Source of the DNA: Candidatus Marinacidobacterium sp.
GTDB taxonomy: Bacteria > Acidobacteriota > Vicinamibacteria > Marinacidobacterales > Marinacidobacteraceae
Direction: 5' to 3'
Assembly (NCBI GenBank): GCA_965204755.1
Contig: OZ242011.1
Span: 3,872,001-3,936,000, forward strand
Length of the DNA stretch: 64,000 bases
In this document: piece after piece, positions 50,901 through 59,682 of the stretch
Layout: each line of letters starts with the position of its first letter
How positions within the stretch are numbered: the stretch's first letter is position 1
Notes under the pieces: model-generated
Seen by the model: the letters and a program-made list of their open reading frames with translations, nothing else
Told to the model about the DNA's origin: nothing
The model's database searches: none
Made by a program: the position numbers and the translations under genes

Positions 50901-51303
50901 GGTCCTGGAATACAAGTCGGGCCGCCTCTACCGAAAGCCCCTCCAGGCCCGGCTCTACGCCCGCATCCTCGAAGCCGGCGGTCGGGTGGCGCCCGACTAC
51001 GCGATCGCGTACTTCGGGGACCGCCGCTGGGCGGGGCCGGACGAGAGCCCGGCGGAGCCGGAGCAGGACGAGACGATCCGCGCCGTCCGAGACGGCTTGG
51101 CGCGCGGCGAGTTCGGGCTGCCCGGAAAGGAGCCGCTGTTCGGGATGCCGCTCGTCTCCCGGCACGATCTCCCCGATCTCCCCGATCTCCCCGATGCGCC
51201 CGATGGGCGAAATGCGCCGAATGCGCCCGATGCGCCGCCGGGGACCGACACCGGCGCGCCGACCGCCGCCGCAGCGGGTTCCGCCCCGGAGGGGCGCCGC
51301 TGA
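47992..51303 (+). CDS. addB: AddB/RexB-like subunit with C-terminal PD-(D/E)xK nuclease
   Basis: LSPTALDRY..SP..FF, RGLLLHEVLE, VSGRADRVD, LEYKSG, LQARLY; directly upstream of the AddA-like helicase. Confidence 0.72.
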   Translation: MTKADAEPASEPTRAGAPIEIRRFEDWADIRRFARTEAAQASADRKACLVAPSEGAVRVLENLLRSALDPGESDAAVLPEVVTASRALADLAGDLPEGRAAASRLARETVLEEALAAEAEAPDAPPGEAGPLTEPLLAFLDEQAADGAAASGKMDETAFEAFCDRIGAEFGEAAETDEGAARLASLAKWLRRVHRRYRGGLGDLLDPDGLRRALLRAALTGGFRQRRWARVAAFGEDALSPADCEVFAALGAPEGVAWALPAAAPLPPLPAGVEFREVAPRREVGGAALSGAEGGKRSRPPAAGQHENPEAAKPEGRSGAPPSLFAAPPEDPVPEARPPAADPLSVFVPPPGADGSRGRGETGGMRPFVETDRDDEARLAARLFAAFRDGTPGNFRGFDRCAVVMQQPASYLGAVETAFSRAGIPFRTPERPPLTAEPGAAGLGALLDFAEKPEFLPHGLTLLRDPFLRAEGLSRPPARAADLAERALARWNVRATLRGDGDPAAGMRPLAVRFREAAARFGSRAEADSGNGISARKRQEAREDAAAAEVLEVFSRWSEDLAAFRSREAGLESAAAALLDFDRAHFRRGRRAFGPGGPEESGAVSDAVTDAVSGALEQARDAAAGIRTGEDPGGVAARLRRLFLRRRAPRRAPDAGVHLLSAADAVFGDYDFVVLLGLGDADWPGPRPTNIFFPPSALEAATRARHADRRRAEVRLLKTLAALPAQAFAFSRPAQEDGFPAGRSALEVELTEELERIGARPLPLPASAATDADPAPVGRGPRPADPAPPLPRFLDRRAPSARVLERPLSPTALDRYAESPAEFFARNVLYLDEEPELSDIAPPTERGLLLHEVLERGVPRLPPLGGRTPTGEDLDRALDILGDCLSEAAREMGLDETARQTEAMWLFGNEAEPGALEWFLLEDWGRGPAEPRDFELRLKGEVEPGTASAPPLVVSGRADRVDTLADGRLRVLEYKSGRLYRKPLQARLYARILEAGGRVAPDYAIAYFGDRRWAGPDESPAEPEQDETIRAVRDGLARGEFGLPGKEPLFGMPLVSRHDLPDLPDLPDAPDGRNAPNAPDAPPGTDTGAPTAAAAGSAPEGRR
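51165..51236 (+). repeat. Degenerate 9-bp tandem repeat x8 at the AddB C-terminus
   Basis: cgatctccc x3 then cgatgcgcc-like units, encoding DLP/DAP/NAP. Confidence 0.8.
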
Positions 51304-51304
51304 G

Positions 51305-54139
51305 ATGGACGCCCCCGCGACGGACTTCCGGCCCCCCGACCGGGAGGCCCGCGAAGCCGCCGCCGACCCCCGGCGCCAGGTCGTCCTCCGCGCCTCCGCC
51401 GGCACGGGCAAGACGACGGTGCTCACCGCCCGCTACCTGAACCTGCTGGAGTGCGGCGTTTCGCCCCGGAACATCCTCGCCCTGACCTTCACGCGCAAGG
51501 CGGCGGCGGAGATGAAGGACCGGATCGTGGCCGGGCTGGCCGAGCCGGAACGGCGGCGGCGCCTCGCCGGACGGAGCGACCTCGCCGAGGTGCAGGTCTC
51601 GACGATGGACGCCTTCAACCTGGGCCTGGTGCGGGAGTTCCCGCTCGACGCCGGCGTGAGTCCCGGCGTCGAGGTCCTCGACGAACGGGCGATGCCGGTG
51701 GTCCGGGCGGAAGCCGTCGAGCGGGTGTTCTCGGGCGCGGCCGGTTTCGACGGCGACCGGCTGGCGGCGCTGCCGCTGCTCGTGGGCCGGACGCGCGGCG
51801 GGCTCCGGCAGGCCGCGGGGAAGTACCTCGCCAACCGCCTCACCTGGCGGCGCCGGTTCGAGGAGCGCGCCGACGATCCCGAAGTCCGGGACACCTCCCC
51901 TCCTCCGTCGCTCCGGGAGGAGATCCTCGGGGCGGAGGCCGGTTGCCGGCGGATTCTCGAGTCCGAACCCGGACCGCCGCTGCCGGTGCGGGTGGCGCTC
52001 GAGGAGATTCTCGAACCCGGCCCGGCCTCCCGCTCGGCTCGCCGGGCGACCGGCGCCCGCGAAGCCCTCCACCGGGAGACCCTGGAACGATCCTTCCGGC
52101 TCGACATCAGGAAAGCCCCGCCCTGGCTCCCCGGGGGCCTCGCCGCGGACGCGAACGCCGTCCGGGAGGCGCTCCGCGGCCATCGGACCCGGTGGATCGC
52201 CTGGCGGAACGCCCGCGCCTTCCTCCCGGTCTGGGAGTTGTTCCGGGCCGTCGAAGAGGAGTACCGGCGGCTCAAGGAAGAACGCGGGGTGATGGACTTC
52301 GACGACCTCACGGTCACCGCCACGCGGCTGCTCTCCGGCCTCGGGGAGTTCTCGGAGAGCCGGCTCCGGCTGGACTCGCGGTACCACCATCTCCTGGTGG
52401 ACGAGTTCCAGGACACGAGCGACGCCCAGTGGACCCTGCTGCAGGCGCTCATGAGGCCCTGGCGGGAAGGACAGGGAGTCACCGCGGAGAGGGTGCGCGA
52501 GGCCACCGGGGGGCGGCTCCGCCAGCCCACCCTGTTCGTGGTGGGCGACCACAAGCAGTCCATCTACCGCTTCCGGAACGCCCGGGTGGAGATTCTCGGG
52601 AAAGCCGAGCGGTGGATCGAGAGCCTCCCCCGGGAAGAGCCCTCGGCGCCGCGCATCACCCTCCGGTGGAACTTCCGCTCGGTGCGCCGCCTCCGCCGCT
52701 TCTTCAACGCCGCTTCGAAGAAGATCGCCTCGGAGGCCCGCGAGGGCGCGGCCCGGGACTGGGCCTTCCGCTACGAGGAGGAGGACTGCCTTCCGGTGGA
52801 CGCGGGGCCGATGGATCACCCGGACGACGCCGAGCGGCCGGTGGCGGTCTGCGTCGTCGAAGCCCGGGGAAAGGACCGGGGCGCGGACGACGACGCCCAC
52901 CGGGAAGCCGCGGGGCGCGTGGCGGCGCGCATCGCCTCCCTCCTCCGCCGGGGCGGCGCTCCGGAGGAGATCGCCCTCCTCGCCCGTTCCGGCAATCGTC
53001 TCGGCGCCTACCGGGAGGCCGTGGAGCGACTGGGGATTCCGGCCCACCAACTCAAGGGGGCCGGTTTCTTCGACACCCCGGAACTCCGCGACCTCGCCGC
53101 CCTCTGCCGCTTCCTCGCCCGCCCGCAGTCGGACCGGAGGGCGGTCGAACTGCTCCGCTCCCGGTTCTTCGCGCTGCCGGGGGACCTCCTCGTCCGCCTG
53201 AAGCGCGCCGGCGGTTCGCCTACGCCCTTCGCGGACATCCTGCGTTCCGGCGGACGGGATCTCCCGCCGCCCCCGGACCCGGAGGCTGCCTCGGCGTTTC
53301 GCGAAGCGGGCGCGGCCGCCGCCCGGTTCCGCCGTCTCGCCCGGCGGCTGCCGCCCTCCGGCGCGGTGGCCGCCATCCTCGAGACGACCCGATACGCCGA
53401 GCGCGCCTCGATCGGGCGTGACCCGCACCGGGCGGAGCAGACCGGCGCCAACCTCAAGAAGGCGCTGCAGCACCTGCGCGCTTTCGAGCGCGGCGGCTTC
53501 CCGACGATGGAAGGCGCGGCCCGCCGCCTCGCGGCCCTCCGCGACGGCGACAGCGCCGAAGCGCCGGTCCAGGTCGAAGGCGCGGTGGCGGTGATGACGA
53601 TCCACGCGGCCAAGGGGCTGGAGTTCGACCATGTCTTCCTCGTGGACTGCGCCGGCTCGCTGGGCGCGGACCGCGGCATTCCCCGGGTGCAGGAGGGCGA
53701 CGACGGGAAGTGGAAGATCGCCCTGTTCCGGGACGCTCCCTTCTGGAAACCGCAGGACGCCGGCCGCTCGGACTCCGAGGAGCGCCGCTGCATGTATGTC
53801 GCCATGACCCGCGCCCGCCGGACGCTCACGCTCTCCTGGACGGCGCGGTTCACGGGGAAGGGGGAACTCTCCAAGGTCGGCGCGCCCCGATACCTGCCGT
53901 CCGACCTCGTGGCCGCCGCCGGCCGGACCGCGCGGCCCCCCGGCCCGGACGACCCGGACTCCCCGAACACCGTCTCCTGGGAGGGGCGCGAACTCGAAGT
54001 GCTTCCGGCAGCGCCTACGGAGCCGGCCGCGCCTACGGAGCCGGCCGCGCCTACGGAGACTGCCGCGCCTACGGAGACTGCAGCGCCTACGGAGACTGCC
54101 GCGCCGGCGGAAGGGGCCGCCCCGGCCTCCGCGGGCTGA
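51305..54139 (+). CDS. addA: AddA-like UvrD-family helicase without an attached nuclease domain
   Basis: ASAGTGKT, LTFTRKAAAEM, VDEFQD, VGDHKQSIYRFR, NFRS, MTIHAAKGLEF, EERR..YVAMTRA. Confidence 0.85.
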   Translation: MDAPATDFRPPDREAREAAADPRRQVVLRASAGTGKTTVLTARYLNLLECGVSPRNILALTFTRKAAAEMKDRIVAGLAEPERRRRLAGRSDLAEVQVSTMDAFNLGLVREFPLDAGVSPGVEVLDERAMPVVRAEAVERVFSGAAGFDGDRLAALPLLVGRTRGGLRQAAGKYLANRLTWRRRFEERADDPEVRDTSPPPSLREEILGAEAGCRRILESEPGPPLPVRVALEEILEPGPASRSARRATGAREALHRETLERSFRLDIRKAPPWLPGGLAADANAVREALRGHRTRWIAWRNARAFLPVWELFRAVEEEYRRLKEERGVMDFDDLTVTATRLLSGLGEFSESRLRLDSRYHHLLVDEFQDTSDAQWTLLQALMRPWREGQGVTAERVREATGGRLRQPTLFVVGDHKQSIYRFRNARVEILGKAERWIESLPREEPSAPRITLRWNFRSVRRLRRFFNAASKKIASEAREGAARDWAFRYEEEDCLPVDAGPMDHPDDAERPVAVCVVEARGKDRGADDDAHREAAGRVAARIASLLRRGGAPEEIALLARSGNRLGAYREAVERLGIPAHQLKGAGFFDTPELRDLAALCRFLARPQSDRRAVELLRSRFFALPGDLLVRLKRAGGSPTPFADILRSGGRDLPPPPDPEAASAFREAGAAAARFRRLARRLPPSGAVAAILETTRYAERASIGRDPHRAEQTGANLKKALQHLRAFERGGFPTMEGAARRLAALRDGDSAEAPVQVEGAVAVMTIHAAKGLEFDHVFLVDCAGSLGADRGIPRVQEGDDGKWKIALFRDAPFWKPQDAGRSDSEERRCMYVAMTRARRTLTLSWTARFTGKGELSKVGAPRYLPSDLVAAAGRTARPPGPDDPDSPNTVSWEGRELEVLPAAPTEPAAPTEPAAPTETAAPTETAAPTETAAPAEGAAPASAG
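54008..54105 (+). repeat. 18-bp tandem repeat x5 (AAPTEP/AAPTET) at the AddA C-terminus
   Basis: gc(a/c)gcgcctacggag(ccg/act) repeated five times. Confidence 0.9.
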
Positions 54140-54158
54140 GGCGCCCGGGCCGGACGGG

Positions 54159-54899
54159 GTGGTCGGGACGCCGCCCGAGACCGGCGGCCGACCGGCGCGG
54201 AAGGCCGGGCCGATGACCGGGACGATGACCGGGACGATGACCGGGGAGCGGCGAAAGACCGCCGCGGCCGCCCGGCTTCTGGCCTACAAACTCGTACGGC
54301 GCGCCGAGGCCGGCCTTTCTTTCGATCTCGAAACCGCGCTCCGCCTGGTGGATCGGCGGCTCGCGCCCGCATCCGGCGCGCGCCGGCGGGCGGCCTCCGA
54401 GGCCTGCCGACTCTCCGCCTCGATCCTGGTCGAGCGCGGGCCCGGCGGCCGGCTCGCCGGGGAATTGCGCTTCGACCTGCGGGTCGTCGCGTCGCGCGGA
54501 AGCGGACGCCGGCCGGAAGTGGTCACCGCGCCCCTCCGGGTCCATCACGCCGACGGGGCGGTCACCGTCGTCGCGGCGGCGCCCGCCGGGACGGAGGAGC
54601 GCGAGGCGGACCGCCTCCGCGCCGGCCGTCGGGCGGCGGAGGCCGTGTTCGGCCGACTCCCCGGCGGCCGGCCGGTCAGCGCCCTCCTCGCCGGCCCGGA
54701 CGGCCCGCTCCGCGAAGTCCCGCCGCAGCCGCCCCGTCCGGAGCGGGGCGGCGGGCGCGTCGGGGGAATCGTCGGGGGAAATGTCGGGGGACGGGACTCA
54801 CTCGCACCGCGAGCGGCGGGCGGGAGTGTCGAGGCAGAGGATGTTCTCGGTCCGGCCGAAGGCGATCCGGGCGCAGGCGCCCGTTCGCGCCGCCCGTAG
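54159..54899 (+). CDS. Hypothetical protein, possibly a detached degenerate AddA nuclease domain
   Basis: Follows addA; DGAVTVV...RRAAEAVF...PVSALL resembles the RecB-type domain layout without catalytic residues; begins with a 12-bp x3 repeat (MTGT). Confidence 0.45.
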   Translation: MVGTPPETGGRPARKAGPMTGTMTGTMTGERRKTAAAARLLAYKLVRRAEAGLSFDLETALRLVDRRLAPASGARRRAASEACRLSASILVERGPGGRLAGELRFDLRVVASRGSGRRPEVVTAPLRVHHADGAVTVVAAAPAGTEEREADRLRAGRRAAEAVFGRLPGGRPVSALLAGPDGPLREVPPQPPRPERGGGRVGGIVGGNVGGRDSLAPRAAGGSVEAEDVLGPAEGDPGAGARSRRP

Positions 54900-55076
54900 G
54901 GCCTCCTCCTCCGACACCCCTCGCGCGCTGACGGTCGCCTCCCGCCCGGAGAGGACCATCGTCACCTCGCAGCGGACCCTCCCGGCGGAGAGCGTCGAGA
55001 ACACCACGAAGCCGACGAGCGAGGCGAACAGGAGGAACACCCCCCAGCCGGCGAGCCGGCGTCCCGCGCGGTTCAT
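54798..55076 (-). CDS. Small membrane-anchored 4-Cys protein
   Basis: One N-terminal TM, RCEV...GACA...LC...RC; ATGA overlap with the upstream gene stop. Confidence 0.65.
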   Translation of the reverse strand: MNRAGRRLAGWGVFLLFASLVGFVVFSTLSAGRVRCEVTMVLSGREATVSARGVSEEEALRAARTGACARIAFGRTENILCLDTPARRSRCE

Positions 55077-56110
55077 GCCCGTCTCCCGGCGCCCCGGCCC
55101 GGACGACCCGACGCCGGAGGATCGCCCCCCGGGGGGTCTCGAAGGAACGGACGGGTGAGGCAGGTCGGCCCCCCGGCCCCGTTCCCGCTGATCTCCGAAC
55201 CCTCATAGACCCGAACCCGGTAGCCGGCGTCCCGAAGCCGTTCGTTCGTCCGCCGGTTGGCGGCGATGGCCAGGAGTTCGCCTTCCCCCAGCGAGAGCAC
55301 ATTCGCCGCCATCGCGTCCCGCTCCTCCTGGACGATCGGGATCCACTCGAACCCCCGCGCCGCCAGGAACTTCAAGGTGGAGACGGCGAGCCGCTCCGGG
55401 TCCGCCAGGATCGTCCGCGAATCGAGCACGCTCAGCAGGGACATCAGGTGGAGGCACTCCCCCGGCCCGCCCCCGTGGGGCAGCGGCGCCGGGACGACTT
55501 CCACCCCGTCCGGCGCCAGGAGCGCCGCCAGTTGGCGGATCCCCGCGGCGTCGGTGCGGTAACCCTCTCCGGCGAGCACGGTCCCTTCGTCCAGCCAGAC
55601 CAGGTCCCCGGCTTCCGCCACCGCCGGAGCGGCGATCTCGCCGACCACCGGGATCCCCGCCTCGGCGAACGCAGCCCGGTGCAACTCCGGCTCGCCCCGG
55701 CGCGTCGGTTTGCCCATCCGCATCAGGATCATCCCCCGAGGCGAAGGGAAGGAGGCGTCGTGGCAGTACGCGGCGTCCGGCGTGAGCCGCGCGGACGGGA
55801 CCCCTTCGAACGAGACCCCTTCGGACGAGAACCCGTCGGACGAAGACCCTTCGGGGCCGATGCGGCGCAGGGTCACGCCGGCGTCGGCGAGCGCCTTCTC
55901 GATCTCCCGGTGCTGGCGGAGCGCCGCTTCGCGATCGGGCGGTCCCCGGTAACCGATCTCGCGCCAGTTCGCCTCCGGCCCCCAGCCGGCGGCGTCGGGG
56001 GTGACGAGGAGGGCCTCGCGCAGCCGCCCGCACATGGACATGACCCCGAGGGGCGCTTCCCGCCGCGCCGCGGGAGGAGCCGCGCGGAGGACATCGGCGG
56101 CGGTCGGCAC
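55073..56110 (-). CDS. Amidinotransferase / dimethylargininase (pentein) family protein
   Basis: DAAYCHD, RRGE, EAGD, YRT, LHLMS, ANVL, GGPTCLT catalytic Cys. Confidence 0.88.
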   Translation of the reverse strand: MPTAADVLRAAPPAARREAPLGVMSMCGRLREALLVTPDAAGWGPEANWREIGYRGPPDREAALRQHREIEKALADAGVTLRRIGPEGSSSDGFSSEGVSFEGVPSARLTPDAAYCHDASFPSPRGMILMRMGKPTRRGEPELHRAAFAEAGIPVVGEIAAPAVAEAGDLVWLDEGTVLAGEGYRTDAAGIRQLAALLAPDGVEVVPAPLPHGGGPGECLHLMSLLSVLDSRTILADPERLAVSTLKFLAARGFEWIPIVQEERDAMAANVLSLGEGELLAIAANRRTNERLRDAGYRVRVYEGSEISGNGAGGPTCLTRPFLRDPPGGDPPASGRPGRGAGRRA

Positions 56111-56126
56111 GGCGGCGGAACCCTAA

Positions 56127-56347
56127 CGGCCTGTGGAAAGAGTCCGGGGAGCCCCCGTCGGCGCGAAGCGCCGACCGGGGAGGGGTGCGGGGAGGGGGTG
56201 GCCCCCTCCCCGCGATAGTTGGCGGGGGGAATCGCGCAGCGATTCGCGCCGCCCGCCCGTGGGAAGAGCGCCCCGCCGCGAAACCGAATGCCGACTTGGC
56301 GCCCTCGCGTCGAGGAGTGGACGGCGGGGCGCTTTTTCCACGGGCTG
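56127..56347. mobile_element. 221-bp MITE, copy 3
   Basis: cggcctgtggaaagag...ctttttccacgggctg, flanks CTAA/CCAA. Confidence 0.85.
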
Positions 56348-56452
56348 CCAATGCGGCCCGCGGAGGGGGCGCTCCTCCGGCCCGCCGACCGACGCTCCCG
56401 GCTGCGCCCCCTCCCCCGGTTCGCAACGGTTCCGGGCGTACCATTCGACGCC

Positions 56453-57772
56453 ATGACGGATCCCCGGTCCCCTTCGCCCTCCCGCTCCCCTGCCCGCGCG
56501 CTCCCCCTCCTCGCCGCTCTCGCCCTCGGCGCCGGCTGCTCCGCGCCGCCCCCTCCCCCCGAAGGCGTGGCCGCCTGGACCGGCGCGGCGCTGTGGGACG
56601 GAAGCGGGCGGTTCCTGGAGGACGCCGCGCTCGTTACCGAGAACGGCCGCATCTCCGGCGTCGGGGTGCGCGGCGAAGTCGAGATCCCCGCGGGCGTCGT
56701 CCCCACCGACCTCTCGGGGAAGACGGTGGTTCCGGGCTTCCTCAACGCGCACGGGCACATCAGCGATGTGAAGGGGCTCGAGAGCGGGCACTACGACCGG
56801 GAGAACCTGCTGCGCCAACTCGGCCTCTACGCCCGCTACGGCATCACCAGCGTTCTTTCGCTCGGCGGGGACGGGCCCGAAGCGGCGGCCCTGAGGAACG
56901 AGCAGGACGAGGGGCTCGACCGCGCCCGCGTCTGGATCGCCGGCGAAGTGATCGGCGGGGGCGCGCCGGAAGAAGCCCGCGAGTCGGTGGCCCGGAGCCT
57001 GGCCCTGCCCGCCGACTTCCTCAAGATCCGGGTGGACACCAACCTCGGCGCGAACGAACGCGTCTCCCCGGAGACGGTCGAAACCGTGATGGAACTGGCC
57101 GAGGAGGCCGGCGTCCCGGTGGCGACCCACATCTTCTATCTCGACGACGCGAAGGAAGCGCTCCGGGCCGGCTCGGGGCTGATCGCGCACAGCGTCCGCG
57201 ACCGGCCGGTGGACGAGGAGTTCCTCGACCTGATGCGCGAGACGGGCGTCTGCTATGTGCCGACGCTCATCCGGGAGGTCTCGACCTTCGTCTATTCGGA
57301 GGTTCCCGACTTCTTCGAGGATCCCTTCTTCACGAAGGAAGCGGATCCGGCGGTGCTGGAGCAACTCGCCGACCCGGAGCGGATGCGGACCGTCGAGGAA
57401 AGCCCGGCGGCCCGGGGCTACCGGGAGCACTACCCGATCGCCCTCGCCAACCTGAAGACGGTCGCCGACGCCGGCATACCCATCGCCTTCGGCACCGACA
57501 CCGGGCCGCCCGCCCGCTTCCAGGGCTACTTCGAGCACCTCGAGACCGAGGAGATGGCGAAGGCCGGACTCACCCCGGAACAGATCCTGAAGTCCGCCAC
57601 CGGCGACGCGGCGGCCTGCCTCGGCCTCGACGAAGTCGGCACCCTCACCGTCGGGAAGTGGGCGGACTTCCTGGTGCTCGGCGAGAACCCGCTCGAGGAC
57701 ATCGGCGCCCTCCGCTCCCTCGAACAGGTGTTCATCGCCGGAAACGCCGTTCCCTCCGCCGCCGCCCCGTAA
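56453..57772 (+). CDS. Amidohydrolase-family lipoprotein
   Basis: Lipobox LGAG|C, DLSGKTVVPGFLNAHGH, AHS, FGTD, GKWADFLVL. Confidence 0.88.
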   Translation: MTDPRSPSPSRSPARALPLLAALALGAGCSAPPPPPEGVAAWTGAALWDGSGRFLEDAALVTENGRISGVGVRGEVEIPAGVVPTDLSGKTVVPGFLNAHGHISDVKGLESGHYDRENLLRQLGLYARYGITSVLSLGGDGPEAAALRNEQDEGLDRARVWIAGEVIGGGAPEEARESVARSLALPADFLKIRVDTNLGANERVSPETVETVMELAEEAGVPVATHIFYLDDAKEALRAGSGLIAHSVRDRPVDEEFLDLMRETGVCYVPTLIREVSTFVYSEVPDFFEDPFFTKEADPAVLEQLADPERMRTVEESPAARGYREHYPIALANLKTVADAGIPIAFGTDTGPPARFQGYFEHLETEEMAKAGLTPEQILKSATGDAAACLGLDEVGTLTVGKWADFLVLGENPLEDIGALRSLEQVFIAGNAVPSAAAP

Positions 57773-57993
57773 CAACCCGGGGAGAACGTCCGGGGAGCGC
57801 CCCCGTCGGCGCGAAGCGCCGACCGGGGAGGGGTGCGGGGAGGGGGCGCCCCCCTCCCCGCGATAGATGGCGGGGGAATCGCGAAGCGATTCGCGCCGCC
57901 TGCTCGTGGGAAGAGCGCCCCGCGGCGAAACCGAACCGGGACTTCCTGCCCTCGGTCGAGGAGCGGAGGGCGGGGCGCTTTTTCCACGGGCAG
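57773..57993. mobile_element. 221-bp MITE, copy 4 (most diverged)
   Basis: caacccggggagaacg...ctttttccacgggcag, same internal hairpins; starts right after the amidohydrolase TAA. Confidence 0.8.
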
Positions 57994-58047
57994 CCAAGCA
58001 GCGCCCGCGCGGGAGGCCGGCCGATCCCCGGCCGGGAGCGCCGCGCC

Positions 58048-59592
58048 CTACCCCGCCGCCCAGAGTCCCGCCGTCCGGCGGGCCCGCCCCTCCGCTTCCA
58101 ACTTGGCGAGTCCGGACCGGAGCGAGAGCAGGGCGAGTTCGCGCGCGGGGCCGGAGGCGGGGACCTCGGACTCCGGATAGACGGCGCGTCCGAGTTCCTC
58201 GAGCCCCGCGGGCCCTCTTCCGAGCGCTTCGAGGAGTTGCCGTTCGCGGGCCTCCCGGTGGCGGACCTGCCGCTCCAGGAGCGCCCGGCCGGCGATGACC
58301 GGCACGCCGTGGGCCGGGTACGCCGCTCCCCGGCACTCGTCGGCGAGCGCCCGCAGCGACCGGACATAGAGGGCGAGGTCGCCGTCTTCGGGGGAGATGA
58401 GGATCGAGGAACCCGAGGCCACCATGTCCCCCAGCAGCATCGCCCCGTAGCGGCTCTCCACGAACGCCAGGTGCCCGGGGGCGTGTCCGGGGACGAAGCG
58501 CGTGCCGAGCGTCCAGCCGGGCCTCCCGTCGGGGGCCGCGCCGAGCGGCAGGACTTCCCCGCCGACGAGCGCGCGCCGGTCCAGGGCCGCCCCGTCCGGG
58601 CCGGACAGTTGTTCGCCGAGCCGGGAGAGGGTCTCCGGATGCGCTCCCACCGGGACCCCGTACCGCGCCGCCGCCGCCGCCACCGAGCCGATGTGGTCCC
58701 GGTGGTGGTGGGTCACGAGCACCGAGCGGAGGCGCGCGCCCGGCGCCCCCTCCAGGAAGTCGTCCACCTGGCGGAAGAGCGCGTCCCGCTCCTCGGGGGC
58801 CTCCGGCGCCGGATCCACGAGGTAGAGATGCTCGCCGCCGACGAGGATCGCGTTCGTGTGGGTCGCCGGGGGCAGCGTGGGCGTCCGGCAGGGCAGCACC
58901 CGGATCCCCGGCGTGTAGCGGACCGGGATCCGCTCCCGGCTCTCGGCTTCCCGGTTGCGGCGGCGGTATTCGCCGGGGTCCGCCGACCAGCGCTCCAGCA
59001 GGCCGATCGTCGGCGGGGCGAGGAAGAAGCCGCCGCCCCGCCAGCGCTCGAGCGCCGACTCCGGCGCGAGCCACGCGGACTCGACGATCTCCCCCGAAAG
59101 GGTCCGCGCCTCCTCTCCCGGCGGGAGCGCCGCCCGGTAGAACCGGGTGTCGAAGCGGCGGCGGAAGGCGGCGCCGGTCACCAGGTTCGCCGCCGGCGCG
59201 AAGTCCCCGGCGTGGATCTCCGCGCCGAGCCGCTCGAGCACGCCGGCGAAGCCGCCGTCGTCGGAGAACCCCCCGGCCGCGAACTCGCCGCGGATTCCTT
59301 CGACCTCTTCCGGCGGGACCGGCGCCTTCCGCCGGAAGAGGCAGATCCCGGTCTCCTCGAAGACCTCCCGGACGGCGGCGGCGAGCCGCGCCCTTTCCTC
59401 CGGCGGGACCGCGCCGGTCACCGGAACGCTCGCGTCCTCCGGCTCGAGCGTCCCTCCCGGGAAGGCCCAGAGGTCGGGGAACGCCCGGAGATGCGGCCCC
59501 CGCCGGACGAGGAGGACCTCCGGGCCGCTTCCGCCGGGAGACCCCTCCCGAAAGACGATGACGGAGGCCGCGGCGCGCGGGACGGTGGGCAC
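58048..59592 (-). CDS. NUDIX + metallo-beta-lactamase (LACTB2-like) fusion protein
   Basis: FPGG..E..D...AAVREVFEETG, RRFDTRFY; then PTLPPATHTN, THHHRDHIG, PGHAPGH, GD, PAHG; start uncertain. Confidence 0.85.
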   Translation of the reverse strand: MPTVPRAAASVIVFREGSPGGSGPEVLLVRRGPHLRAFPDLWAFPGGTLEPEDASVPVTGAVPPEERARLAAAVREVFEETGICLFRRKAPVPPEEVEGIRGEFAAGGFSDDGGFAGVLERLGAEIHAGDFAPAANLVTGAAFRRRFDTRFYRAALPPGEEARTLSGEIVESAWLAPESALERWRGGGFFLAPPTIGLLERWSADPGEYRRRNREAESRERIPVRYTPGIRVLPCRTPTLPPATHTNAILVGGEHLYLVDPAPEAPEERDALFRQVDDFLEGAPGARLRSVLVTHHHRDHIGSVAAAAARYGVPVGAHPETLSRLGEQLSGPDGAALDRRALVGGEVLPLGAAPDGRPGWTLGTRFVPGHAPGHLAFVESRYGAMLLGDMVASGSSILISPEDGDLALYVRSLRALADECRGAAYPAHGVPVIAGRALLERQVRHREARERQLLEALGRGPAGLEELGRAVYPESEVPASGPARELALLSLRSGLAKLEAEGRARRTAGLWAAG

Positions 59593-59682
59593 CGCTTCGG
59601 AGCCTAGCAACCGCCGGCCGGACGCCGGCCCGCCGGGTCTCCGCCCCCCGGACGCCCTCCTAGAATCCCCGGCCGGCCCGCC

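Noticed and set aside
47932-51426. 2188-aa minus-strand ORF as a giant protein
   Set aside because: Only 44860-47931 has GH3/beta-lactamase motifs; the rest is the antisense shadow of addB in stop-poor high-GC DNA
56123-59607. Long overlapping ORFs 56123-59074 and 56185-59607
   Set aside because: Arg/Pro/Gly-rich shadow frames of the amidohydrolase and NUDIX-MBL genes
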